DNA of 20,164 nt from Candidatus Cloacimonadota bacterium. Its GTDB lineage: Bacteria > UBA4055. The notes beneath the pieces are model-generated. The model was not told where the DNA came from and did not search any database. It was given only the letters and a program-made list of their open reading frames with translations. The position numbers and the translations under genes are program-made. Shown one piece after another: positions 8,447 through 17,242 of this stretch; the stretch's first letter is position 1, and every line of letters starts with the position of its first letter. The stretch spans positions 1 to 20,164 of the forward strand of contig PDON01000043.1 of NCBI GenBank assembly GCA_002742935.1. Direction: 5' to 3'.

Positions 8447-9571
8447 ATGAGGTTTTTAATCTTGTTTATTGTTGGTGTTACCATTTTTTCCTGTTCCTTA
8501 GGTAAAAAATCAGATGGTAATGTTGAAGTGGTGAAAAATGGAGTAAAACCTTTGGATCCAAATTTTAAAATTGATCTTGAGTATGTTGGAGAGATAAAAT
8601 CTGATGAAAAAAACTCATTTGGTCAAGCTTATGCTATTAGCATGGATTCAAAAGGGGATATCTATTTAACTGAGCAGTATAGAATGATCCACAAATATAA
8701 CGGCAAAGGTAACTTTATCAAGAACATTGGTAAAAATGGTGGAGGTCCCGGTGAATATTCATATCTTGTTACATCATTTGTCTCTATGGATACTGTCTAC
8801 GCTATAGATGCCGCTTCCCAGAAATGTATAAAGTATGATCTAGATGGTAACTATCTAAGTGATTTCCCTCTCAAAGGGTCATTTCCTGGAATGGTGTACA
8901 GTTCTAATGATAATCTTGTTGGGTTAGTTATCAAGAATGTTATGAATGAAAATAAGATTATGATGAGGTACTATCTCTCAATACTTAACAGGGATATAAG
9001 TTTTAAAGAGATTCTTTTTGAAGATAGTCTTTTCTTGGATCCAAATAATATGGGAGCTCTTATGGATATGGGTATGCTTGCAATGCTTGTAACTTTGGAT
9101 AAAGATGGATACTATATGGCTGAGAGTAGTGAGAACATATATAAGATAAACTACTATGATAAAGATGGAAATTTAACAAAGGAGATAACAAAAAACTACG
9201 CTAAGATACCATACTCCAAAAAAGAGATTGAGCTTACCAACAAAGTTATTGGCGAAATGTTTAAGAAGGCTCTAACCCCTCAATTGGCAGAGAGTATGAA
9301 GTTTGACAAGAAGTATAAAAGAGCTATTAACGATATAAAGTCAGATCATCTAAACAGATTATGGGTTAATGGTGGAAACAAAGATATTCAAACCTTTGAC
9401 TTCCCTTTAAAATATGATATTTTTAAGGATGGTAAGTTTATAAATAGTGTACCTCTAATGGATGGCGACAATCCTATTCTTATGACAGGACAAACATTTA
9501 TTTTAGGTGATAGACTCTTTGTTAACGATATGAAAAACAGTAAGGTTAAAATGTATAAAATATTAAATTAA
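8447..9571 (+). CDS. Lipoprotein, beta-propeller/NHL-like (BF3164-type GxGPGE motif).
   Basis: The lipoprotein signal is MRFLILFIVGVTIFSC. The motif is SKGDIYLTEQ...GKNGGGPGEY. I prefer the ATG at 8447, which has a GGAG RBS at 8437-8440, over the GTG at 8435 given in the ORF track. The protein is a paralog of the one encoded at 17243-18322. Confidence 0.75.
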   Translation: MRFLILFIVGVTIFSCSLGKKSDGNVEVVKNGVKPLDPNFKIDLEYVGEIKSDEKNSFGQAYAISMDSKGDIYLTEQYRMIHKYNGKGNFIKNIGKNGGGPGEYSYLVTSFVSMDTVYAIDAASQKCIKYDLDGNYLSDFPLKGSFPGMVYSSNDNLVGLVIKNVMNENKIMMRYYLSILNRDISFKEILFEDSLFLDPNNMGALMDMGMLAMLVTLDKDGYYMAESSENIYKINYYDKDGNLTKEITKNYAKIPYSKKEIELTNKVIGEMFKKALTPQLAESMKFDKKYKRAINDIKSDHLNRLWVNGGNKDIQTFDFPLKYDIFKDGKFINSVPLMDGDNPILMTGQTFILGDRLFVNDMKNSKVKMYKILN

Positions 9572-9584
9572 TTTGGAGAATAAT

Positions 9585-10469
9585 ATGACAAAAGGACAAA
9601 TAAGAATTACTGTAGTAATAGGAATATTGATTCTTATCTTACTTTTTGGAAGTAAAACATTTATCAGTATCCCTGCAGGACAAACAGGAGTTGCAACTCT
9701 GTTTGGTAGTGTACAGGATAAATCCTATAAAGAGGGTTTACATTTCCCTATAAATCCTCTTTATGAGTGGCATATCTATGATACAAGGGAGCAGACACAC
9801 TTAGAGGTTGCAAATGTACCTTCCCAAGATCAACTTCAGACAAAACTTGAAGTTAGCGTTCAGTATAGAATAGTAAGCGATCAAGCACCTCTAATTCTTC
9901 AAGAAACAGGTAGCTTTAACAAGCTTATTCAGGTTCATTTAGTTCCAAAGCTTAGATCTCTTTTAAGAGAGCAAGGTAAGACAATTAAAAGAGCTGAAGA
10001 TTTTTTTAAGGAAGAAACTCAAGAAACATTACAAGCTCAACTTCTTTCGGGTCTATCTGAATATTTAGCTCCAAAGGGTATAGATGTTAGTGCTGTTTTA
10101 ATTAGAGATATTCAACTTCCTCCTTTTATTACAAAGGCTATTGAATCTAAAAAGGAGAGAGAGCAAGAGGTTGAAAAGCAGAAAGCTGAGCTTGAAAGGT
10201 ATAAAACAGAGCAGCAACAAAAAATTGCTTTTGCAAAGGCTGAAAGAGTAGCAGCTGAAGAGGAAGCTAAAAAGATCAAAACTTTGGCAGATGCTGAATC
10301 TTACAGAATCTCTAAAATTAATAAAGCTATTGCTGATAACTCAAACTATATCAAATTGCAATCTTTGGAAGCTTTAAAAGCTATATCTAAAGATAAGACT
10401 GCTAAAATATACTTTATTAACGGAGATAGTCCTAATCCTCTACCTCTTATGAATATTGGTAATAAGTGA
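9585..10469 (+). CDS. SPFH/band-7 (HflK/C-prohibitin-like) membrane protein with a C-terminal charged coiled-coil.
   Basis: It has an N-terminal TM segment (ITVVIGILILILLFG), an SPFH core and a KKEREQEVEKQKAELERYK coiled-coil. I prefer the ATG at 9585 with GGAG 6 nt upstream; the ORF track uses TTG at 9573. It starts 14 nt after the lipoprotein stop, so the two are probably co-transcribed. Confidence 0.85.
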   Translation: MTKGQIRITVVIGILILILLFGSKTFISIPAGQTGVATLFGSVQDKSYKEGLHFPINPLYEWHIYDTREQTHLEVANVPSQDQLQTKLEVSVQYRIVSDQAPLILQETGSFNKLIQVHLVPKLRSLLREQGKTIKRAEDFFKEETQETLQAQLLSGLSEYLAPKGIDVSAVLIRDIQLPPFITKAIESKKEREQEVEKQKAELERYKTEQQQKIAFAKAERVAAEEEAKKIKTLADAESYRISKINKAIADNSNYIKLQSLEALKAISKDKTAKIYFINGDSPNPLPLMNIGNK

Positions 10470-10573
10470 ATTTAAAAAGTAGTTTTTTGACTATATTTAG
10501 GAATAAAAACAATATTATAATTGCACTCATAAGTTGTATGTTTTATATTCTCATAGTTATTCATTTCTAATTG

Positions 10574-10609
10574 TCCTTTCTTTAAACCTTGAGCAGTTCG
10601 AGGAAAGGA
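10574..10609. terminator. Hairpin between the convergent SPFH gene and the MutS-like gene; a possible bidirectional terminator.
   Basis: The outer stem is tcctttc (10574-10580) paired with gaaagga (10603-10609). An inner cuugag/uucgag stem with two G-U pairs is also possible. There is no clean U-tract on either strand. Confidence 0.3.
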
Positions 10610-10619
10610 TGGTTAGAAA

Positions 10620-12440
10620 TTAAGAATAAGTTAAACTTTGTGATTCCTCCAGTGGAACAGGAGGTTTACCGATTTTAATTATTTTCATCTTTTTCATAAT
10701 AAATATAGCATTTTTATTTTTACATATTCCATTTTTTAATTTATAATCAAATATCAATTCATTATCAACTATCTTTGACTCAAAGCATTTATTGAATAAT
10801 CTGTTAGGATAATCATTTGCTATTTTACAAATTTCTAAATCGTGAGTAGCAATAATACCTATGGCATTTTTATTTATAAGATTCTCAATTATCTTGATTG
10901 TACCTGCTTTTTTATCATCTGAGTTAGTTCCTCTTAAAATCTCATCAAGAATTACAAAACATTTAGATACTTTTAAATTATCTATAATTTCTCTCAACCG
11001 CCTGATTTCAGCATAAAAATACGATTCTTTTCTATCTAATGAATCTGTCTGACGCATTGAAACAACTATTTTTAAAGGATTGATATTTGCTTTAGTTGCA
11101 CAAACGCAAGACCCTATTCCAGCCAAAAGCATATTTATTCCTAAAGTTCTTAAAAATGTACTTTTACCAGACATATTGGAACCTGTTAAAATAATTAAAT
11201 TATTATTATTAAAGCTGATTGAATTACAAATTCGTACATTTCTATTAACAAGAGGGTGTCCTAAGTTCTCAACATCAATACGATTTTCATTATTCAATAA
11301 AGGAAACACGAATTTAGGGTTATTATATGAAAAATTTGCCAAACTATTTAACATTTCAAATTCACCTATAACACTTAACCATTTTTCTATTTCTCTACAA
11401 TGATTTTGTTTCCATTTCAAAAGAGAGTTTAATGCATGCAAATGAAACAAAAATATTCCATTTAAAAATAAAAAAGCCATCCCATTTTGAACACTTTCAA
11501 TATTTGAAAATAACATAGAAAGTGTCTTTATTTTCCTACTTGCTGAATTAGAGTTATCAGAAAGTTTTGTTTGTAATTCACTAAGTCTACTACTTTTAAA
11601 TTGTTTTTTCTCTATTTCCGATAAAATATCTCCATACTTGTTAATTATTTCAGAAACTTTATCCACCTCTAATAGATTTTTTTTTACTTCTTTAATCTTA
11701 CAAGAAGCAATGATTAGATTAATAATGAAAATTGAAGTTGTTATCGATATATACGAAGGATTGTAGATAGTAGCAATAATAGAAAACACAAATATTATCG
11801 GCAAAATATAAATTAGAATATTTAATAATTTTGAGAATTGTTTTTCTTTTTTCTTTGACCAAGAAATTAAGTTTTCGTAATTTGATTTGCTGTCTTTATT
11901 TATTTTAGCAATAGCCATTAACTTTTGTCGCCATTCAATTTCTTTTGTCAATTCTTGAACTGCCTGTTGATTTAGTTTTATTTCATTTTCAGGAAGTTTT
12001 TCTAACAATAAATTAGATAAGTATTTATACCCTACGTAAGTTGATGTTCTATTTATATTTTGAAATAACGAATTTTCTCCAAAAATATCTAAATCATAAG
12101 TGTATATATGTTTATGGTCAATAAATTCTTTTCCGTTCTCAAAAGGTATGGTTATTCCATCTAAATATGATATTTCATCTGAATTTATAGATATGATATT
12201 CTTATTAAATAATTTTTCCCAAGATATAGTATTATGTATTTTAATTAACACCAAGAAAATAAAAAATAGTAAAACACTACAAACTTCAAAAATATGATGT
12301 TCTGTAAAAAATGGATTATATATGCAAAAAACAAATAGTATTACAACCAACAACCGAATTACGCTTATTGTATTATATCTCTTTTTTAATTTATTGTAAT
12401 TTTCTAAATGTTTTTCTTTTGCTTTCTTATAGTATGTCAT
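10620..12440 (-). CDS. Membrane-anchored MutS-related protein: multi-TM N-terminal region and a MutS domain V ABC-ATPase C-terminal region, with no Smr domain and no mismatch-binding domain.
   Basis: Walker A is LTGSNMSGKSTFLRT and Walker B is CFVILDEILRGTN, followed by IIATHD. Hydrophobic segments include LLVVILFVFCIY and LLFFIFLVLI. Confidence 0.8.
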   Translation of the reverse strand: MTYYKKAKEKHLENYNKLKKRYNTISVIRLLVVILFVFCIYNPFFTEHHIFEVCSVLLFFIFLVLIKIHNTISWEKLFNKNIISINSDEISYLDGITIPFENGKEFIDHKHIYTYDLDIFGENSLFQNINRTSTYVGYKYLSNLLLEKLPENEIKLNQQAVQELTKEIEWRQKLMAIAKINKDSKSNYENLISWSKKKEKQFSKLLNILIYILPIIFVFSIIATIYNPSYISITTSIFIINLIIASCKIKEVKKNLLEVDKVSEIINKYGDILSEIEKKQFKSSRLSELQTKLSDNSNSASRKIKTLSMLFSNIESVQNGMAFLFLNGIFLFHLHALNSLLKWKQNHCREIEKWLSVIGEFEMLNSLANFSYNNPKFVFPLLNNENRIDVENLGHPLVNRNVRICNSISFNNNNLIILTGSNMSGKSTFLRTLGINMLLAGIGSCVCATKANINPLKIVVSMRQTDSLDRKESYFYAEIRRLREIIDNLKVSKCFVILDEILRGTNSDDKKAGTIKIIENLINKNAIGIIATHDLEICKIANDYPNRLFNKCFESKIVDNELIFDYKLKNGICKNKNAIFIMKKMKIIKIGKPPVPLEESQSLTYS

Positions 12441-12747
12441 TTTTTATAACCTACTTTTATTTTATATTTTATTGTATTGTTTATCATAATATATTGCTAG
12501 ATTTTTCTTCAGTTTTATAGCATTTTATCTAATACTTGCTAATAACGATCGAAGTATGCTCTTTGCATCTACTTTCTTTCTGCTATATCAACTTATATTG
12601 CTCCAAAAGTTAGATTGCCTAGAAATTAGTAGTTAAAGGAATTCATCTATTAATTATCAATTTTCAGTTAAGACAAAACCTTACATTTTACTTTAAAAGT
12701 ACATGTATAAGGTTAAATAGATTTAGTTTGAGGTGGTTTAGGGTATT

Positions 12748-13209
12748 CTACTTAATAAAAAAACTTTTCTCTCCTAAATAGCTCCCATCTTTAATAAATT
12801 TAAGGGTATATGATCCTGATTTAAGTTTTTTTTTACAATTTCCATCTATGGTATATTTACCCATTGATACATCATAACTTTTACTATAAAACTCCACTCT
12901 TTTTCCATCTTTATACCACTCTTCAGTAAGTTCAAAAGATCCACTATTTTCAGAAATTAGTGATAGAGTATAACCTATTTTCCCAAATTCAAAACCATTA
13001 AAAATATCATTTTTTACTCTGTATTTAGAATCTAACCCTTTTTCTCCAAGTGGATAAAAATCCAGATCAACAAATTTTAGATTTACTCTACTCTCTTCAA
13101 TCCTTTTTATATTTTCAGGATTTTTAACCGGAGTTTTTTTTATAGTTTGCTGTTGTAAAATACAAGACGTAAGCATAACAGCTAAAATTATTGTTAATAA
13201 AAATCTCAT
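12748..13209 (-). CDS. Small lipoprotein of unknown function (153 aa).
   Basis: The signal and lipobox are MRFLLTIILAVMLTSC. A GAGGG RBS lies upstream. It is co-directional with the hexosaminidase gene and 86 bp downstream of it. Confidence 0.6.
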   Translation of the reverse strand: MRFLLTIILAVMLTSCILQQQTIKKTPVKNPENIKRIEESRVNLKFVDLDFYPLGEKGLDSKYRVKNDIFNGFEFGKIGYTLSLISENSGSFELTEEWYKDGKRVEFYSKSYDVSMGKYTIDGNCKKKLKSGSYTLKFIKDGSYLGEKSFFIK

Positions 13210-13295
13210 ATTACCCTCACTTTATAACTAATCCACTAAATCATTAGCCTATAAATATAAGCTTTTATCTATAAATTTCTAAATCTTTTAACACT

Positions 13296-15488
13296 CTATT
13301 CAATAGTAACCTGATCTAAAAATAACCACATAATTGGAATATTAAGATCTTTTGCTACCTCTTCTCGATTAAATGAGTTAGCTTTAACCCTAATATATCT
13401 GGCTTTAAAATCTCCGAATACAGAGTACTCCTTAATAGATTTGCCCTCTTTACTACTATAGTTGCTATTATCGCTGTATACTGTTTCATAATTTAGATTA
13501 TCTGAAGAGATACTTATCTCCAACTTTTTTGGAAGAAAGATATGCACCTCTTTCCTTTCAAGTAGATTTAAGTTAACCTTACTAAAGTTTACAATCTCTT
13601 CTAAATCTATATAGAGATTAATACCCTCTTCAAACCCTTGCCAACCTTCGCTAGTGTGATCTAAACCTCCATAAACACCATCACTTAAACCATATTCAAA
13701 AGTTGAAGGATATTTATGGCTAAAAGGCTTATTGTAATAGCTCCTCTTTCCAAAACCCTTATGACTACTTATCACTAAAGTTTGATCCTTACCTATCTGC
13801 TTCCCATTTAGTAGTTGTCTTGCTACAAATTTTACAGAACTCTCAATCTCAATAGGTTTTTCATAAAGCTTAAACTCTCCACCCATTGAGTAGTAGATCT
13901 CAGAACCTATAATCTCAGAATCAACGGTGATTAAATATCTTCCATCTATAAATTTTCTGGTTATATCCAATACTGTTGAACCGGTTCCATGATTATATCC
14001 TAAACTATCCAAAATCTTATACTGATACGGTAATTTAGCCTTAAATTTTTCCCAACACTTATCCTCACTGCTACACCAAGCTGTCTCAGAAAGAGCAACT
14101 AATCTCGGAAGTAACATATATTCAGCATGAGATTCAGTTGGAACCCACTCTGTCCAAAGGCACCCTTCCGTTCCAAGTATAAAATCTTTCTCTTTACCTT
14201 CTAGTTTAGAAGGTATAGGGTTATAGCTATAGACCCTTTTTATAGGACTATATCCACCAAAAGCTCTTGCTTCACTTCCCTCATCACTCTGATAATGATC
14301 AAAATATAGATGTGAATTAGGTACCATTACAGCCCTGTTACCATTTTTACAAGCCTCAATTCCACCATCCTCATTCTGCCAAGAAAAAACAATAGCATTT
14401 GGAGCTAATCCACCCTCTAAAATTTCATCCCAACCCAATAGATCCTTTCCTCTACTATTGAGAAACTTCTCTATCCTCTTTATGAAGTAACTTTGAAGCT
14501 CCTTACTATCCTTTAAACCGTGCTCTTCCATTCTCTTTTTACACAATGGACACTTATCCCAATTGGTTTTGCAAGCTTCATCACCACCAATGTGAAAATA
14601 TTTTGAAGGGAAAAGAGGTATAACCTCATCTAAAACATTTTCAATAAAGGTAAAAACCTCCTCTTTACCACCACAGAAAATATCATCGTTTGGCCAGTAT
14701 GACCCTGTTGGAACAGTAACCTTTTGATTAAAACAACCAAGCTCCGGATAAGCAGCTATAACCTCAACACTATGACCCGGCATCTCTATTTCAGGAATAA
14801 TCTCAATAGATCTATCCTTTGCATACTCAACTATCTCTCTAATTTCATCTTGGGTATAGTAACCACCGTAACTTCTCTCTTCCCCCTCCTTCTCCTCTTC
14901 ACGAGAGAGCCAGCTACCGGTTCTAGGAGCTCTCCACGCAGAGATCTCTTGAAGTTTAGGATATTTTTTTATCTCAACTCTCCAACCATTATCATCTGTT
15001 AGATGCCAGTGAAAACTATTTAATTTATAAAATGCTAATATATCAATATATTTCTTAATAAAATCAGCTTTAAAAAAGTGTCTGCTCACATCTAAGTGCA
15101 TACCTCTATAACCAAGGCTAGGCTTATCCTCAATATATATCTTTTTAAGCTTTAGCTCTTCTCTATCAGAGTCAAAAATAGATTCATCAAACAATTGTAT
15201 TAGGGATAGCAGACCATAAAGAAACCCCTTCTCCTCTTTGGATTTTATAGTAATACTCTCATCTATATCCAAAATATAGGACTCATGGGAAAGAGAGCTA
15301 TTGAGTTCTAGATCTATCTTAAACTTACTATCCCTTTTAAAACCAATATTAAACTTAGAGTAAAGATCTTTTATAAAGGTACTAAATTTATAGTTTTCAA
15401 AATTTTCTATATATATCGAAAGGTTTTTGGGAAGTTTAATAAAACCTTCTCTTTTGCTAATTTTATATGGTTTAGGCACAATATTCAT
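13296..15488 (-). CDS. GH20 beta-N-acetylhexosaminidase with a C-terminal discoidin-like (F5/8 type C) domain and no signal peptide.
   Basis: The GH20 catalytic motif is HIGGDE (YFHIGGDEACK). It has GH20b-like N-terminal and TIM-barrel regions and a C-terminal ...ARYIRVKA... segment. The N-terminus MNIVPKPYKISKREG is not hydrophobic. Confidence 0.9.
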   Translation of the reverse strand: MNIVPKPYKISKREGFIKLPKNLSIYIENFENYKFSTFIKDLYSKFNIGFKRDSKFKIDLELNSSLSHESYILDIDESITIKSKEEKGFLYGLLSLIQLFDESIFDSDREELKLKKIYIEDKPSLGYRGMHLDVSRHFFKADFIKKYIDILAFYKLNSFHWHLTDDNGWRVEIKKYPKLQEISAWRAPRTGSWLSREEEKEGEERSYGGYYTQDEIREIVEYAKDRSIEIIPEIEMPGHSVEVIAAYPELGCFNQKVTVPTGSYWPNDDIFCGGKEEVFTFIENVLDEVIPLFPSKYFHIGGDEACKTNWDKCPLCKKRMEEHGLKDSKELQSYFIKRIEKFLNSRGKDLLGWDEILEGGLAPNAIVFSWQNEDGGIEACKNGNRAVMVPNSHLYFDHYQSDEGSEARAFGGYSPIKRVYSYNPIPSKLEGKEKDFILGTEGCLWTEWVPTESHAEYMLLPRLVALSETAWCSSEDKCWEKFKAKLPYQYKILDSLGYNHGTGSTVLDITRKFIDGRYLITVDSEIIGSEIYYSMGGEFKLYEKPIEIESSVKFVARQLLNGKQIGKDQTLVISSHKGFGKRSYYNKPFSHKYPSTFEYGLSDGVYGGLDHTSEGWQGFEEGINLYIDLEEIVNFSKVNLNLLERKEVHIFLPKKLEISISSDNLNYETVYSDNSNYSSKEGKSIKEYSVFGDFKARYIRVKANSFNREEVAKDLNIPIMWLFLDQVTIE

Positions 15489-15520
15489 ATTTAAACCCCT
15501 TTTTCATTTTATGAAATATA

Positions 15521-15539
15521 ATAGGATATCCTTTCCTAT
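15521..15539. promoter_or_regulatory. Dyad-symmetric element in the divergent hexosaminidase / ATPase-nuclease intergenic region.
   Basis: The sequence ataggatatcctttcctat contains a perfect 10-bp palindrome aggatatcct (15523-15532) and an ATAGGA/TCCTAT inverted repeat. Confidence 0.3.
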
Positions 15540-15585
15540 CAAATATTAAATAAAAATTTCTATAAAAAGTTTAATCCATATTTAT

Positions 15586-15651
15586 AATTTCATTTTCAAA
15601 CTAAAATTGATTATAATATAAAGGTAAGTGTATATCACATAAGGAAAGATA
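15586..15651 (+). promoter_or_regulatory. Conserved leader/promoter of ATPase-nuclease copy 1, with -10 TATAAT at 15612-15617 and RBS AAGGA at 15641-15645.
   Basis: The same block occurs at 18443-18508 upstream of copy 2, with TATAAT at 18470-18475 and RBS AAGGAGAG. Confidence 0.5.
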
Positions 15652-17181
15652 ATGAAACTACCAATCGGAATACAAACATTTAGTAAAATTCGTGAAGATG
15701 ATTATGTATACATAGACAAAACTAAAGAAGCACTAGAGTTAATAGAACAATATCAATACATATTTCTTTCTCGTCCTCGAAGATTTGGGAAATCTCTATT
15801 TTTAGATACCTTGAAATCTATTTTTGAAGGCAATAAAGAATATTTTAGGGGCTTATATATTGAGGATAGATACGATTTTAATCAAAAATTTCCTGTAATT
15901 CATATTAGTTTTGCCGGAAACCTTTCAACAAAAGAGGGTATAGATGGAGTTTTTAACTATATTCTAAAAAAAAATATTGAAGCTCTAAAGGTAAATATTG
16001 ATAATGATTTAGATATTCCCAACAAACTATCAGAACTAATTCAAAAAACCTATGAAAAGTATAACCAAAAAGTTGTCGTTTTAGTTGATGAGTACGACAA
16101 ACCTATCTTAGATAATATTACAGAACCAATAATGAGGGAATATGCAAATAAGAGCTTAAAAGCTTTTTATGAAATATTAAAAAGATCGGATAAATATCTA
16201 AAGTTTGTATTCTTAACCGGAGTAAGTAAGTTTTCAAAAGTTTCCATTTTTTCAGGATTAAATAATCTAAAGGATATATCTTTAGAGGAGAAGTTTGGTA
16301 ATATTTGTGGCTATACCCATGAAGATATAGAAACAAATTTTAATCCATTATTACAAGGTGTTGATTTAGAGAAGTTAAAAGAGTGGTATAATGGGTATTA
16401 CTTCTTAAAAGATAAGGTTTATAACCCTTTTGATATTTTGCTATTTATCAGTGAAAATTTCACTTATAAGAACTATTGGTTTGAAACAGGGAACCCTTCA
16501 TTTTTAATTGAGCTTATCAAAAAGAACAACTACTATCTACCAAATCTTGAAAATATAGTTGTTGGAGAGGAGATTTTAAACTCTTTTGATGTCGAAAATA
16601 TCAATTTAGAAACACTGCTTTTTCAAACAGGGTATTTGACTATAAAAAAGAGGTTTGAAAAGAGAAATAAAATAAAATTCTCTTTAAAAATTCCAAACTT
16701 AGAAGTAAAAGTTTCTCTAAACTCTGCAGTTTTAAATAAACTTGTAAGCAATATATCTCAAAAAGAGAAGAATCAAGATGATGCTTATGACTCCCTATTT
16801 GATGCAAAACTAGAGGATTTTAAAACTAGTTTAATCTCACTATTCGCTTCGTTACCATATCAAAATTATGTTAAAAACAATATAAATATCTATGAAGGGT
16901 TTTATGCTAGTGTAATCTACTCCTATCTTGCTTCTCTTGGATTCCCCATAAGCGTAGAGGAGAGTACAAATATGGGTAGGTTGGATATGAGTCTTCTTGT
17001 AAATAATCACAGATATATTTTTGAGTTTAAGGTTGGTAATGAAAATGCTCTTTCCCAAATTAAATACAACAGATACTATGAAAAGTTTATCAGTGAGAAT
17101 AGCGATATATATTTAGTGGGAATAAATTTTGATGAAGAGAAGAAAAATATAAGAAGTTTTGAGTGGGAAAAATTTAGATAG
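15652..17181 (+). CDS. pfam09820-type AAA-ATPase fused to a PD-(D/E)XK nuclease domain (copy 1).
   Basis: Walker A is RPRRFGKSLFLDT and Walker B is VVVLVDEYDKP. The C-terminal nuclease motifs are GRLDMSLL and IFEFKVG (D...E-x-K). Confidence 0.85.
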   Translation: MKLPIGIQTFSKIREDDYVYIDKTKEALELIEQYQYIFLSRPRRFGKSLFLDTLKSIFEGNKEYFRGLYIEDRYDFNQKFPVIHISFAGNLSTKEGIDGVFNYILKKNIEALKVNIDNDLDIPNKLSELIQKTYEKYNQKVVVLVDEYDKPILDNITEPIMREYANKSLKAFYEILKRSDKYLKFVFLTGVSKFSKVSIFSGLNNLKDISLEEKFGNICGYTHEDIETNFNPLLQGVDLEKLKEWYNGYYFLKDKVYNPFDILLFISENFTYKNYWFETGNPSFLIELIKKNNYYLPNLENIVVGEEILNSFDVENINLETLLFQTGYLTIKKRFEKRNKIKFSLKIPNLEVKVSLNSAVLNKLVSNISQKEKNQDDAYDSLFDAKLEDFKTSLISLFASLPYQNYVKNNINIYEGFYASVIYSYLASLGFPISVEESTNMGRLDMSLLVNNHRYIFEFKVGNENALSQIKYNRYYEKFISENSDIYLVGINFDEEKKNIRSFEWEKFR

Positions 17182-17242
17182 AAGTATAGTGTAAATATAT
17201 AGTGGGTTAGAAATAAGTGTTAAATTTTAATGAGAATTGTGA

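Larger units (their letters stand above)
15570..17181 (+). repeat. Direct repeat copy 1 (about 1.6 kb: leader plus ATPase-nuclease gene), paralogous to 18431-20038.
   Basis: The leader atttcattttcaaaCTaaaattgattataatataaaggtaag...atg is shared by both copies. Long identical runs such as aactattggtttgaaacagggaacccttcatttttaattgagcttatcaaaaagaacaactactatct occur in both. Confidence 0.9.

Noticed and set aside
12441-12747. A possible small RNA or hidden gene in the 300-bp gap between the small lipoprotein and the MutS-like gene.
   Set aside because: No stable extended hairpins, no conserved motif and no ORF with an RBS were seen. The region most likely holds the promoter and 5' region of the MutS-like gene.
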